Shown here: piece after piece, positions 24,640 to 38,631 of the stretch | Numbering within the stretch: position 1 is the stretch's first letter | Layout: each line of letters starts with the position of its first letter | DNA from: Felis catus | Taxonomy: Eukaryota | NCBI RefSeq assembly: GCF_018350175.1 | Contig: NC_058368.1 | Span: 138,076,001-138,140,000, forward strand | DNA length: 64,000 nt | Direction of reading: 5' to 3' | The notes under the pieces: model-generated | Database searches by the model: none | What the model was told of the DNA's origin: nothing | The model's input: only the letters and a program-made list of their open reading frames with translations | Translations under genes and position numbers: made by a program

Positions 24640-24800
24640 AGCGGCATTATAATCCCTGGTGAACTTGTTGGCAAAAAGAATATGAGACCTTTACCTCCGA
24701 CCTACTGAATGAGACATTCTGGTTGGGGGGGGGGGCAGCAGTCTGCATTTTAAAGCCACTTTGAGGTAGTTCTATTGCACACTAAAGTTTGAGAACCACA
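24640..24800. mobile_element. MER5A-like hAT-Charlie MITE
   Basis: gacctactgaatgagacattct...tctgcattttaa...aaagtttgagaaccac. Confidence 0.8.
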
Positions 24801-26259
24801 CTTACTGTATATATTTACACACTGTTGCGTGCTCCTACAGCCCTGCACATCAATTTAGACACAAGCTTTAACAAAATCATGAAAAAAACCTACATCATAC
24901 TTGGACTTCTGTATCTTTTCCAACTAAGCAATACTTGGTAGAAACTCCTCTAAATCATTAGACATAGTTCAAAGTCATTCTGTTTAATGAGTGGGTGTGG
25001 ACCACTGTGGTGTGGTCCACCTCTGTGGATGAGTATTTACTCTGTTCTTGACAACCATTCGCTAGATATGTTTGTCTATATGTCTTTCTATAATATTTTT
25101 GTCTCTATAGGATAGATTCTTAGAGGGTGCATATTTCAAATCTTAATGAATTGCCTTGCAAATGAGATAGAACGCTTAGCATTTCATTAAATATCTTTCT
25201 GGTATATTTAATATCTTGTGTTTTTAGCTTCAGTGACTAGTAATTATGAAATCGGTTGTTCTCATTTTCATCGTGCAAAGGAAGGAAGTATATTCACTCT
25301 TGTATGCTTTAAGAAAGTTCAAAAATTTCTTGATTTATTATTATTTTTTTGCTATGGTGCTTCATTTCTACTGGTTCCCAAATTCTGGTTAATGGGAGCG
25401 TCTAATCCATGGAGATGTTTATAACATCTGCAGAGGGTGTGTCTGTGAATCTTTGCGTGTGAGCTGTTGCTGTCTTCCACCCTTCAGGCATGTTAATGGC
25501 AGCAACTGACTGAGAAGAGTCTCATCATTTCTTTCTCTGGAGGCTGCGAATTGTTTAACTGTTGGCCAGTGCATTGTTGCCAGCTGGATCTAAGCTGCTT
25601 CCCTCTTCCCTTAGTACTTGGTTATTCTTCCCACTTCCTGGTATCCTGCTGTGTTTGGTCTCAAGAATATTGGTTGCTACGGGGCTCATTGTGTAGATTA
25701 ATTGAAAGTGTAATCTGATGTTTAGAGATGTGATTAGGTCGTTGGGTAACTGAGCGAAACTTCCCCCAGTCAAGCACTTTTATTTCTGGGGCTTGGAGTA
25801 ACTTCCTTGAGTCCTTGGCCGAGTGTAGTCTTCTTGGTCCCAGCCTTATGGGGGGAGGACCGAGGACAGGTCCCAGGGCCTGTTTCCTAGCCGAGGGAGG
25901 CAGCTTCCTATGGAGGCGGTGACTTATGGCTTTGTTCTCTGCTCACCTGGCAGACGCCTCCTTCCTGATTCCTGCAGACTCCCTCTGGCTTCTGGTTCCT
26001 GTTGAAGGAAATCCTGTCCTCCAGATGCTGCCCTTTCTCTGCTTATGGCTCTGCATCCCTCATGGCTGCCTGTGACTGGTCTCTCTCGACGATTATGTCA
26101 ATGATAGTAAGGGAGCGTACCTTTGAGACTTTGGCCTTGCCACCCTCCCTTGGAGATGAGCAAGTTAAGGTTCCTAGAGGGAGTGACTTACCCGACTGAT
26201 GAAACTGAGTTGGTTTGACATTAAGAATTTTTACCGCTGTATTAGAAGTCGTAAAATAC

Positions 26260-26472
26260 GGGGCGCCTGGGTGGCTCAGTCGGTTAAGCGTCCGACTTCA
26301 GCTCGGGTCACGATCTCGCGGTCCGTGAGTTCGAGCCCCGCGTCGGGCTCTGGGCTGATGGCTCAGAGCCTGGAGCCTGCTTCTGATTCTGTGTCTCCCT
26401 CTCTGTCTCTGTCCCTCCCCTATTCATGCTCTGTCTCTCTCTGTCTCAAAAATAAATAAACGTTAAAAAAAA
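26260..26472 (+). mobile_element. CanSINE
   Basis: TSD aagtcgtaaaatac. Confidence 0.97.
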
Positions 26473-26682
26473 AAGTCGTAAAATACTTGTACTCTGAGAG
26501 AGGTAGAGCCCACAGTAAGTCTGGGGTTTTCCCATTTCACTGGTTAATTAAAATGACCTTCCTGTCGTCCTGTCACCTCCAGTGGTTTTTCCCACTGGCC
26601 AGTACCCACAGGCACCATTTTGTTTGTTACTGCCCTGCAGTCTCTCTTGAGCTTTAATCGTGAAGAATGGTGCCACTTCCCC

Positions 26683-26713
<31 letters not shown>

Positions 26714-26878
26714 GGTCTTGCTAGAGGATCCTGCCTATAACTACGACTAGGCAAGCCCTGGCCCCCTGAAACTAATTTACTCAAAAAAAAAAATCTGGGC
26801 TCAGTAATTGTTTTTCATTTGCCTCATTAAGTTTTCCAGCTCGAATTAATAGAGATTTCATTAGCTCAGGTGTCAGAG

Positions 26879-26925
26879 GGCATGGGTGAAGGGGTCTTTG
26901 GCACGGGTGAAGGGGTCTTTGGCAC
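26879..26925. repeat. 21-bp tandem duplication
   Basis: ggca(t/c)gggtgaaggggtcttt occurs twice. Confidence 0.9.
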
Positions 26926-28139
26926 ATACCAGTAAATTCTGGCTTTGAGAATGGAATCAGGAAGAGCTTTTGCCTCAAAACCACTTGCAGATCACGTGTT
27001 GACTGTGTGAAAATTTATTTTTAGCAAATTAAGTCTCCTGACTTCAACACAGCAGCTTGTGCATCTCAGCCGTCACCTGTTGCCTGGTTTCTTCCATCAC
27101 TGGGCTCACTTAGGCTCTTGGTTTCTGCTAACTGGACTTTTTCCTGCCTGGTCCCCCTTTTCCCTTTTTGCCTTTTGTCCTCTTGTCCCTGTGAGAGGGC
27201 AGGCAAACTCCAAAGCACCATGTTCCACCCGTGGTACAGGAGATCCGTGGTAACTGCTTTATCCTGCCTGGCCAGCAGCCCCCAGATGTCCATTCCTGGA
27301 CGTCCCGAGCTCCTTCACTGCTGCAAGAGACGGCTCGATGGTATGGCAGGAGCAAAGGGGAAAAGCACTTCTCAGACATTAGCAAAACCTACGACTTACA
27401 ATGTTACATCAGTCCTCTGTTAGCTTCATCCCTGTCCCTTTCCTCTTAGCTCAGTGACAGTTTCTGGTACCCCATCTGTCTCCACTGATAAGACCTACGT
27501 CTGACAAAAGGCTCCAAAGTAAAATGAACAGCTATGGGAAATTGCTGGCCGACTCAGCCCCAGCACCGCGCCCCCCCCCCCCCCCCCCCCCCCGGCCCGG
27601 AAGGAATTTCTTTGTGGGTAGGCTGGGGGCTATGGGTAAATTAGTACCACGTGTCATAAAGTCTGATGATCTCTCTCCCATATTTCAGTGACAGCCTCCA
27701 ATTTGGGTAATATGCAGCCTTGTATTTTTTTTAACGCAGAATGTGAAATAATTGACGTTTTTGTTCTAGTTGATTTTAAAATATATTACCATTTTAAGAA
27801 TTTTAGACATGCATATGGGTCAGATTTTTCTCTCAGAGAACCCTCAGAAGATCTAAGATGTGATTTAGTTAAAATGTTTGAGTAACACGTTCTAGAAAGG
27901 GAGCTGTTACAGAAGTGCTGTTACAGAAGTAATTCTGTATTATCAACAACTCTTCCCTCTGACCCGTGAAGATGTGCACGTGTATGGTTTGAACAGGTTG
28001 TTTTTAACTCCTGACTTTTTCCTCTTCAAAGTTTGATACGCTTTTGGCTTTAACCTTATTTCTATCAAAACTGATCTCATGAACTTCACCAATTTTGTTC
28101 TTGGTTAGTCAGAAGTGCTTAAGTCCCCAATTAATACAG

Positions 28140-29200
28140 TGCACTATTCTAGGCACTAAGGATATAGCCCAGAGAGAAACAGATTTCTAGGATCCTGCTC
28201 TCCTAGAACCCACTTGACAGTGGAGAGATGGACAATAAATAGGTAAACAAATAAAAACATAGGACATTGAGTTAATGGTGTGTTAAGGCAACGCAACGTG
28301 ATATGATAGAGAATGGTATGTGTTGTGAGATAGGGTGAGAGCCAGGATCCCCCATAGTGTTCCAGAAGGATCAGGAAGCTCAAAGGGCCCTGAAGTAGGA
28401 GTTGACTTCACATATTTAGGGGACAGCAAAAAACCCACGAGAGAAGAGGAATGCCAGGTCATGGAAAGCTTTGGAAGCCAATGTAATGAAATGATAAGTT
28501 GGTGGGGAGTCAAGGTGGGGGGCAATTGCCCAACGTGATTCTTAGTGTTCATGAGCTCTGCTGGTCCTTCTCAAGTTCTTTATTCGTCTGTGGTGTTTTC
28601 TTCTCCTCTTTTTATGTGAGTGTTCCCAGGGCCCACCCCTTTCTTCTCTCTTTCTAGGCAAGCTTATCTTTCCTTGTTGTTTGAACCACGGGACCTCTTT
28701 GAAGACTGCCACATGAGGATCCTTCTCCTGACTTCTGCTCAGGCCACATCTTCTATTTCCAGCTGGCCCGTTTGCTGTATCCATTTAATGAGCCCTGGCT
28801 TCAAATCCAGACTGTTATATTTTAAACAGTTTTTCAAATTCTCCTCCAAACATTACCCAGTCCAATTTCCTGTTTGCTGTTCCCTTACCATCATTCTTCC
28901 AGGCATGGTGACTTTACATGTGAGTTTTCCTAATTCTTTCATTCCTTCATTCTCTGTAGTTGATCAGTCATCAAGATATGCTGATGATTAGGGTTGTCTC
29001 TTTTCTCTCCTCGGCCATTAGGCAAATTCATCTCTGGGTTGTTGCCTTTTAACCTCTTCAGATCTGCCATTTCCTTAGACTTTGTGATTGTTTTCTTTTC
29101 TCCCTCAAATATTATCTCCTGCATTCATCTCTTGCTTTGCAGCCATATACCCTGTCTGTTCTAATCTGACAAGTTCTCTATCTTGGTGGGCTTTCTTTTC
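28140..29200. mobile_element. L2 LINE fragments in both orientations
   Basis: gcactattctaggcactaaggata...aaaggccctga-like antisense 3' end, followed by pyrimidine-rich sense L2-like sequence. Confidence 0.55.
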
Positions 29201-29332
29201 TTAGAGCAGGACTTTACCCAAGCTGCTCTGGTTCCATAACCAGGAATATCTCTAGGGTAGGAGTGGGATACATTATCGAATGTAAGTTATGACCCTGGAG
29301 AGCTATACATTTGGTGTCTTCTTGGAAGTTTT

Positions 29333-29347
29333 CTTTTTTTTTTTTTT

Positions 29348-29400
<53 letters not shown>

Positions 29401-29568
29401 AGAGAGAGCACTAGTAAGTGGGGGAGGGGCAGGGAAAGAGAGAATCCCAAGCAGGCTCTGTGCTGTCGGCACAGAGCCTGATGTGGGGCTTGAACTCACT
29501 AACTGTGAGATCATGACCTGAGCGGAGATCGAGTTGACCCTTCACCAACTGAGCCACCCAGGCACCCC
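29333..29568 (-). mobile_element. CanSINE containing a (TG)n microsatellite (29351-29397)
   Basis: TSD cttcttggaagttt. Confidence 0.93.
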
Positions 29569-30019
29569 TTCTTGGAAGTTTCCTAAGACTTGTTTGCACT
29601 TTTCGGGTTACCATTTTAGAAGATGCTCCTGCCTCCTGGATATTTCAGTTACCAGGATGTATTACCTCCTGGTGCCTTGGGTGTAGCCTGTGCCTGAAAG
29701 GCTGGACTTTCCAAAGGTGAGGATAATTGAGAGAACAATAGCTCAACTCTGTGTCCTGTGGACACAGGTTACTACACTTCGTTATACCAAAATACCGAGT
29801 GTTGTGTCCAATATACTACAGCCTTTCAATAAACATTTGCTGACTGGATTCCTCGAAAACCGTTGAGGGGGAGGTAAGCTTGTTCTCTGATCATAGCAGC
29901 ATTCTGGACAATGGCTGTGGTCACCGGGGAGAGGATCCAGCTGAGAAAATGCTAATTAAAGATGGTGCTTGGTCACATCTGTGATCGTATAAACCCCCCC
30001 CCCCCCCATAAACAACAGC

Positions 30020-30342
30020 TGTACTGTTCTCAGGGCCTCCTGCGTGTCACGCTTATTCCTGCTCTCAGACCTTGTACGTGCTGTTTCCTCTACTTGGCAC
30101 GCTCTTGTTCCCTCTTCCGTTGTATGATTAAATTCTCACTCATTATGCAAGTTTCAGCTCAAATGGGACATCAAACTTACCATTTTAGGTTTTTGAGGAG
30201 GTTGTGTTATGGCTGGGTTTAATCTCTTTCATTAAGCTTGAAAACAATTAGGACAGGAGAAACTTAAAATGCTAGTTTTTTGTCTCCTGATTTTCCAATA
30301 CCAGTACAGTGCCGTGGTCAATAAATATTTGTTAAATGAATG
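30020..30342 (+). mobile_element. L2 3' end
   Basis: Ends tcaataaatatttgttaaatgaatg, the typical L2 terminus. Confidence 0.7.
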
Positions 30343-31085
30343 TACGGTTCTAACTTAGTTTGACTCAAGCGCAGTGGCCAAGGTTCACGCAGTATATTCT
30401 TTGGTTTTATTGTTTGCTTATTTCTGTACTGTTGGACATTTTGCCGGCAGGTATATGGCTGTCCCTATTTTGGGATGGGGACAGTCGTGTTATTTTTTTT
30501 GGACTCCAGGTACGCAAAAGTCAGAGCAAAGTTCACATTAGGAGGGGCTGTCCCAGCGGTGATAAAGTTTGGAGGTTTTGAGGGGAACGTGTCCTATGTA
30601 GTTTAACTACATTTTGGAGGCACTGTATGGAATCTGTAAAAATGATGAAACGCAAGATTAATTTTTTGTGAGGTAGATATTCCTCGCCGAGAACTAGAAT
30701 TTAACAGTGAGGAAGTTCTGACAAAGTAGTGGGGAATTAAAATTTGTCTAACTGGAGATTCCTAAAGAGTTTCCTAACTCATTATCTGTGAAAACTGTCA
30801 GATGAACTGAACCCCCTTCTTTAGCATTCTTTAGCAATATCTCCCATCTCTCAGTTATTAGGCTCCGTGTCTTTGGAAATAAGTCCTTGCATGACTACCT
30901 TACCTGTTGAGAGCACCTTGTACTGCCGTGAAAAGTGTTTTTACACCTTAGCTATTTCATTGGAGCCATACAGTGCTATTTAATGGAGGAGGTGAACTGA
31001 GAGATGTTAAATGACTTGCCTGGGTACATTTGTGCATGCATTAATACACTTGACAAATTAAATGTGCCAGGTTAGGTAAGATAAC

Positions 31086-31905
31086 AGGCAGGAGCAGGTC
31101 CTGGTTTTGTGAGGCCTGAGTTGATGAGATTTGAAGTGTTCTCTTTCAGAAAAGGAATAACAAAATTAAACCAAATGCATATTAAATTAAATATGAGAAA
31201 CGACAGCATTTTTAAAAGCTGAGAAATTCCATATTTATTTGCAATCCAGACTCCCCTTTGCCAAATCCTGAAAAATGCCCTCACACACTCCAGGGCCACC
31301 CGACAGGCAAGGGAAGTGTGTCCTAGGGGAAATGGAATGGAAAGACAGAGCACTCAATTAATGGCAGTTAGAACATCTCCCACTTAACTCCAGCCTAGAG
31401 TAGAAACTATTTTTTTTTTTTCTGTAACATTTCACGCACCACTCTTTACATAAACACTCAGCCACAACCTAATTTCCCAGTAGTCAATGTTGTTTTCCTC
31501 TGATGGTCATGGTGACCACCCCTGACTTTGATAGATCAAACTATCACATTTAAAGTGTATTACTACTGGGGGGCACTCAGTTGGTTAAGCATCTGACTCT
31601 TGATCTTGGCTCAGGTCATGATCTCATGGTCTCGGGATCCAGCTCTGTGTTGGGCTTCATGCTGAGCGCAGAGCCTGCTTAAGATTCTGTCTCTCCCTCT
31701 GCTTCTCCCCTCACCTCATGAACACATGGTCTTTCTTTCTCTCTTAAAAAAAGAAAAAAAGTGTGTGTGTGGGGGGTGATATTACTATCGGAAGTTTAGA
31801 AATAAATATAAGGCTTAGGACCCTCCTGTGGCCTTGCAAGAGGCCTTGTAAAGCAGGGGCCCTGAAGCTTAAGCTTGGGTAGCTTTATGGTAAGTGTGCC
31901 CGGCA
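31086..31905. mobile_element. Old hAT (Tip100-like) DNA transposon relic(s), interrupted by a SINE
   Basis: caggagcaggtcctggttttgtgaggcctgag at the left and gggccctgaagcttaagcttgggtagctttatggtaag at the right resemble hAT-Tip100 ends; exact family uncertain. Confidence 0.45.
31568..31758 (+). mobile_element. Older CanSINE
   Basis: ctcagttggttaagcatctgactcttgat...gagcctgcttaagattct. Confidence 0.88.
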
Positions 31906-33021
31906 ACACTTCATTAGTAGGGAGGCAGAATAATCCCAGAAAGTGAATAGTGAGAAATGGTTGGATAAAGATAGGCTGAAGGTGCTTCTGAAACCACCAG
32001 AGGGGCTCAGGGAACACTTCTCAGAGAACCTGGATTCAGACGGGCAAATGGATGTTGCCAGCAGACTGGTAGAACAAAAATGGTTCAGACGGAGGGTGTG
32101 GTCTGAGAAGGCTCATGGGTTTGCCAGAACCTTGTGAATGGAAGAGAGGTCTGGGGTAGCTTTGGAGGGCAGGTGCTGGTGTAGATCATGCCTTGAGTGA
32201 TAATGATGGGGGCATTGAAACCCAGGTCATTTGACTGCCCCACTGTATCACATTATGTGGTGGTTACATGCATTCTCATGTTCTCATACTTAATTTTGCA
32301 GACATTTTCTTACAAGTGCAGAAGAGAAGAACATTTGCCTCTTGTAACAGATGGTGCAACTATTGAGGGCAGAAAGCAGCAGCCTGAGTTCCTTCTCTGG
32401 AGCTCTGTTTGAGAGTAACAGTGACACTTGTCTTTCTGGATCAGGTAGCATGGATGTGGGAACTTTTGGGGGACACCTGTTTTCCTAGGGACTTGTCTTT
32501 TACCTTTACTTTTTTGGAGGTGAGTAACACGAAGGGAACCTCTAGAGAGAGATGTAGGGAGAAAGCTCATTAAGCAATTTAGAAACAGTTGCCAGGGTAG
32601 ACCGTGTCAAAGACTAAAACTTTATCATCTTTAAAAATTTCTGAAAACTTGAGTGCCAACTTAGAATTTGAAATGACCAGGTTTTGGAGCAACGTATAGA
32701 TAATGTCTGGTCTGGGGTCATATGGGATGTAGGAAATTGGGTGGGTGGGAGAGAATTAAAAAATGTAGGTCAGTAAAACTAAGTATTTCAGCATGTGATA
32801 AAAGTGTTTGTCAGTTAGAATATGGTTGTAGTTATTAAATGTGACTTTCTAGAAAAAGGCAACAACTTCTTGTATTGCCTTGAGAACAGGTAACCCTTGT
32901 ATTCCCTTCTCAGCAGCCATGTACCCACCCCCACAAAAAAATGAAACTAATGAAGTACTCATTGTCAGCACGGATGTTCAGATTAATGCTTTAATGATAC
33001 AGCTTTATTAAATCTGTTTTA

Positions 33022-33235
33022 ATTTTTTTTTTCAACGTTTATTTATTTTTGGGACAGAGAGAGACAGAGCATGAACAGGGGAGGGGCAGAGAGAGAGGGA
33101 GACACAGAATCAGAAACAGGCTCCAGGCTCTGAGCCATTAGCCCAGAGCCCGACGCGGGGCTCGAACTCACGGAGCGCGAGATCGTGACCTGGCTGAAGT
33201 CGGACGCTTAACCGACTGCGCCACCCAGGCGCCCC
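33022..33235 (-). mobile_element. CanSINE, young subtype
   Basis: TSD aaatctgttttaa. Confidence 0.97.
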
Positions 33236-34084
33236 AAATCTGTTTTAAATGTACTTGGCCACTCATAAATTAGATTAAGAATATCTCTAGGTCAAACGAG
33301 AATCACATATTTGTCATTTAATCTCATCATAAAATCTTATGTGAAAGAGATAATACATATTTTGGTAAGAAAGTGAAAACACCTGGCATGAATTAGAATA
33401 AAAAAAATTATCCCAAGGGGTAGTGCTATAAACATGAGTTGTAGGACTTTTTTTTTGTATGAAATCCAACATTGGCTTTCATAATACTGCAGTTTACTTT
33501 TATTATTGTGACTTTTCAGATTATTTACACCTTCGTTACTTAACAAAGAATACAGTAGGAAAGGGGTTTTGGGGAAGTTACCTGTAAACACAATCATATT
33601 AGCAGGAGAGTACACTCTTGAACAGAACCCAGGGGTGAAGACTTTTGATAATCATGCTACACTCTGTGTTTGAGTTCAGATTTTTATGTGCTACATTTGT
33701 TTTAAGTGACAGCCCTCTATACGTCTTTGTTTGCTGTTGAATTTAAAAAATATATTTATACATGAGTGGTGGAGGATTAAATATGAAAATAAAGGGTACT
33801 GTGTCAAGACCACTGATTGAACTTAATAGTAAGCTTTCCCCCAGGCAAAACCGGTTAAAAAAAAAAATAAAAGGCTAAATTGTCGTAGGTATAAGTTGGT
33901 GTATGACAAGTTGGTGGTGGAATTTCTGTGGGTAGCTGCCATTGTGCTTTCAGTGGAAGTTGGAATGACTGGGAGGGGCATTCATTAAACTGCATGTGGT
34001 CCTGATGAGAATACAGAATAGTCCCTGCAACATTTTTGACGGCAGATAATTGAAAGTATCTTCGACCTCCATCAACGAACCCCC

Positions 34085-34715
34085 CCCCCCCCCAGCCAAT
34101 CCCCCACCCTTAACTCCTAGAAGTCTCCAGGAGTTATGCGAGTGGAGTGATAGAGCTTGTGATCTTGGGCTTTTGGGTTTTTTCATTCAGCATAATGTCC
34201 TTATGATCCATCCCAACTGCTGTGTGTATCAGCAGTTCATTCTTCTTTGTTGATGAGTAGTATTCTGTGGTATGGAGGCACCAGTTTCTTCAACCTTTCT
34301 CATAATGTAGGACATGTTGGTTGCTTCCAAGTGTTGGCTACTGTAAGTCTGCTGTGTATAGTTCTTTGTGTGGGCATGATTTTCATTTCTCTAGGATGAA
34401 TGTCCAGCTGTGTGATTGCCGGATTCTATGCTAAATACATGCTTTAGCTTTCAAAGGAACTGCCAAGCTGTCTTCCATTGTGGCTGTACCGCATTACTTT
34501 TGCTTCATCAGTAGGCGGGAGATCAACATTCTTTGTATCTGTGTCTGTATGTTGCATGGTGGCTGTTTATTCTTTCCGGTTTTATTGAGAAATAATTGAT
34601 TTACATCACTGGATACGTTGAAAGTGCACAGCATGATGGTTTGATATACATACGGTGCAATGATGACTACAGTAGGCATAGCTAATATCCACCTTCTCAT
34701 ATACATAGTTACTTA
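34085..34715 (-). mobile_element. Old L1 (L1M-type) 3' fragment plus a short carnivore L1 terminus (about 34575-34710)
   Basis: ttcattcagcataatg...gagtagtattctgtggtatgg...ggaactgccaagctgtcttcca. Confidence 0.75.
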
Positions 34716-36595
34716 CAGGAAGTCAAGGTGGTGTATGGGTCTGTGGAGGCTGAACCACTTTGTTGATGAGTATCGTTTTCCTGCCTCTCCCTTTCTTTTC
34801 TGCTCCTGTCCTGATCCTGTTCCTTAAGAGTTAACTCTTAACTCAGAGGACTGTTAGGTATCTGGAGGTGTTTTTCAGATTGGTAGCTCTGACCCTCCGA
34901 TGCTTGGTCTCTGCAGAGCTATGCATATTAGAATTTGGATCCTGACCTGGTCACCTGAAACCTGATGCCTTCTGTTCTTCCTGGGTCTGACTCCTCCTTA
35001 GACCCCCGGTTCTCTCTTTGGAACGTGTGGTGCCGCACCTTGTCCTCCAGTGTTACAGCATCGCATGCCCTACTGTGCATGGGCCCTTGGCCAGAGTTGG
35101 ACCTTCAAGTTAGCATTTTTCTCAGCCGTGGCCCCTTTTGGTCTCGTCCTGTGGCTGCCTGGGATCAGAGAGAGAGGCAAATTGAGAAGTTGGAATGTCT
35201 TGGGGGGTGATTTATTCTTGGGTTAATGGTGATAGTGTATGTATGTAAAGTGTGTAAGGAAGAAGTAGTTGGTACAAGTAAAGTGGCTGTGCGTTGGCTA
35301 CCCAGCGTGGGGAGGAATATTACTTCTGCCTCAGTGTAGGAAGTGACTTTGCTTTCTCAGTGCAGGGAGAGGAGAAGGACTTGACAGAGTAGGCTGGCTT
35401 GGGAGTTCCAAAGGACAGGCATACAAACTATCTTATAGCATTGAATCTGAACAGAAATTGGGAAGTTCTAGATGGGTGGATGTAAATTACTAACATATGT
35501 GTTGTAGAATAGAGCCATATGTTCAGTTTAACCATGCCTGAACAGTATGCAGGAGCAAGCTCACTTATTTTGAAAGAAGTTTAAAAAGAAAAACTGACAT
35601 AAATTTTGTTTTTTTTTTATGTTTCCTATGAGTGACCCTCTATTAACCAGAGAAATCCATCCATTATTCTCTAAACAAAATTGAAACAAAACAAGCATTC
35701 TATCAAAGGCATGAATTTTTATATTTTCTAGTGTGAAAAAGTTGTATGTATTTCTGGAATATAGAAGTTGATGAGTAATCCCTACTGGCTGGCAGTAAAC
35801 TGAAACACTAAAATGATAGGACTAGAAGACAGCTGAGAAACTAATTACCCAATCGAGTTTCCCTTTGGGAAAGTTGAATTTACTCAATAATTACGAAGAC
35901 CCTAGTGCCTATGTGAGAATAGCTGCCCTAATCCCCTAGAAGTGGTAATTCTGCCTGATGGGTTGTGAGTAGCTTGGGAGTTTTTATTGCAACTTCCATT
36001 GTTTGGGATGGTAATTGGTTACGATGTTTTTGTTGTTGTGTTTTTTATTTCATACAACAATAATTCTGGCTCATGTTTGGCTTTTGAACATCAGTAACAA
36101 TAGGTTTGGGAATCGTTTTTATAGATCCACTTTGTGATCCTGCCTAGTGCTGAGGTTCTAACCAACACCTGGCCCTACCACCTTATATTGGGTGTGCTTA
36201 CTCTTCTCCCAGCAGGGAGTGGGTCTTGTCCAGGTCATAGAATGAGTGACCAAGTTAGAGCATTCTGATTCTGGTGATGTTACCTTTTAGAAGTTTTCAT
36301 TTTATATGGTAGCCCACTTATGGAGCACACCGTATAATTAAAGTCCGTATAATGTTTCCCCCATTTTTACTTTGTGAAAACTTTTTTATTTGGCAGTATT
36401 TTAGACTGAAGAATTGAGTTTTTGCATATACTTCAGTATATTTTCTGTAAGTTAACCTCTTAAATGACCGTGACACAAATACCAAAAATTAGAGATGGAT
36501 TGGCACAGTAGCATTAACTAACTTGTAGAACTAACTTGGCATTTCAGTTTCCCCACTATTGTCCTTTTTCTCTTCCAGTACCCAGTTTCTCAGTG

Positions 36596-36597
<2 letters not shown>

Positions 36598-36638
<41 letters not shown>
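36598..36638. repeat. (TG)n microsatellite
   Basis: Direct observation. Confidence 0.95.
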
Positions 36639-36641
<3 letters not shown>

Positions 36642-36999
36642 ATGTCTTTGACAATTACGAGGAATAGTGGTCAGATACTTTGAGAGTGTCCTTCAATTCA
36701 GCTTTTGTGATATTTTCTTATGATTAGACTCAGGTTTTAGATTTTTGGGAAGGGTATCACAGAGGTGAAGTACCTTTCTCATTGCATGGTATCAGGAGGT
36801 ACCTGATATCAATATGTCTAATTACAGGTGATGTCAATTTTGATCACTTGGTTAGGGCGGTGTCTAACAGGTTTCTCCCTAGTAAAGTTAGTATTTTTTC
36901 TTATTCCATACTCTATTTGTTAAAAGTGAGTCACTGTTAAAGTTAGTAGAATAATTAATGCATATCTTACAGGAGAGAATTTTAGATGATCACCAAAAC

Positions 37000-37170
37000 C
37001 AACTACATGATTTGTAGGGTCCAAAAGAAAGTGAAATTGTGGGACCCCATGTTCAAAATTAATAAAAAATTTCAAGATGGAAGTGGCGGAGAAGAAACCA
37101 AACTGTGAGCCCTTCTGTGCATGGAACACTGCAGCTGCACAGACTGCACATCCATAGGAATGGCCCTGAG
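37000..37170 (-). mobile_element. MER45-like hAT-Tip100 MITE
   Basis: Reverse complement begins cagggccattcctatggatgtgcagtctgtgcag...cagaagggc. Confidence 0.65.
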
Positions 37171-38420
37171 GCCATTCAGTATCCTGTTTGTCCTTAACTT
37201 GCCCACTAATTTTATCGTTCTTTCATAGATCTTCCTGTAGAAATTATTACTATGGGTGTTTGAATAGCGACCTTGTTTTTTTCTTGTTGGCTCTATTCTA
37301 TATTGATTGGAGTTCTTAGGTAAGGAAGTCCATAACATATGGATTCCACGATATTTGTTGTATTCTTCGGGTTATCACCAAATACTGTCATTTATCTGCT
37401 CAAGTTAGTTCAGCTTTAGAGATTGAGAGCTCTTTCAGATGGACTCCTCTGTCTCTTTGAAATGCTTCCATCTGTTTTTGTTGTTGGGAACTTCTTTTTT
37501 AGTACCATGAGATGCTTCCAATTGCTCTTGTATTTTCCCTGACTCAGCCTTTTCTCCAAGGAGCCTTGTTTCTTTTTTATTGGAGAATGGGATAGAGAAA
37601 CCAAGATCTAAGCGTTAGTTGTGCTCATTGCTACTGGAGTGCTACTGCTTCCACACTTTCTCGGTGGACAGAACTTGGGAATGTATACAGTAATCCATTA
37701 TACAAACATAAAACTATGTTTTTATGTTTACCTGTCTGATATATGAAAATAAACATGACCTCCTATCCATGACTGCAGTCTAGTGCTATGGAGTTTGCTG
37801 TAGTATTCACCCTTTGATTATAACTCTTCTTGTGTTTGACAGTGAGAAATTTGGCTGTGTTTAACTACACATGTTTACTCATTATTCTAACTTAGTGCTT
37901 TTGTAATTGCTAATCTGTACTCCTGTGAGACTATAAATTTTCTAGCTTGAGGACAGGGTTTATGTCCAACATAGCTTGTTCTTTGTCACTGAAGTGTTTT
38001 TATTATCAATGATTGTTGAACTTTGTTAAACCTGATCTCAGTAAATGTACAAAAAGTATTTTTCATCTGTAGTCTGTTAACCTGGTGAATTATATTGATA
38101 TTTGAGTGTTGAACCAGTTTTGAATTCTTGAGATAAACCCTACTTGGTTGTGATGTGTTATCCTTTTTATGTATTGCTGGTTTTAATTTCCTAGTATTTG
38201 TTGGGTTTTGTTTTTATGTTTGTGAGGAACACTGGTCTGTAGCTTTTTTTTCTTGTAATGAGTTTGTCAGGATTTGGGAGTAGTGGAATTCCTTTCTCAT
38301 CTGAAGAAAGATTCCACATATGTAGACTAGGAAACCTTTTGGTTCATATAAAATGAGGTAATAAAAAAAAAAAGGAGGTAATGATAAAAAAATACTGTGA
38401 AACTATAAGTAGTTTACCTT

Positions 38421-38631
38421 TAAAAAATTTTTCTTTACATTTATTTATTTTTGAGAGACAGAGCACAAGTGGGGGAGGGGCAGAGAGAGGAGGAGACACA
38501 GAATCTTGAAGCAGGCTCCAGGCTCTGAGCTGTCAGCACAGAACCCGACACAGGGCTTGAACTCACAGACCGTGAGATCATGTCCTGAGCCAAAGTCGGA
38601 CGCCTAACTGACTGAGCCATCCAGGCTTCCC
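38421..38631 (-). mobile_element. CanSINE
   Basis: TSD aa(g/a)tagt(t/c)taccttt. Confidence 0.95.

Larger units (their letters stand above)
36380..38280 (-). mobile_element. Old L1 (L1MC/MD-like) fragments
   Basis: ggtgatgtcaattttgatcacttggttagggcggtgtct...; ttgaaccagttttgaattcttgagataaaccctacttgg is ORF2 antisense. Confidence 0.65.

Noticed and set aside
27570..27593. Long poly(C) run with flanking CpGs
   Set aside because: It is a homopolymer whose length is error-prone in assemblies, and it is too short to be a CpG island.
34824..34841. Perfect 18-bp palindrome ttaagagttaactcttaa
   Set aside because: One palindrome of this length in 64 kb of AT-rich DNA is plausible by chance, and there is no supporting context.
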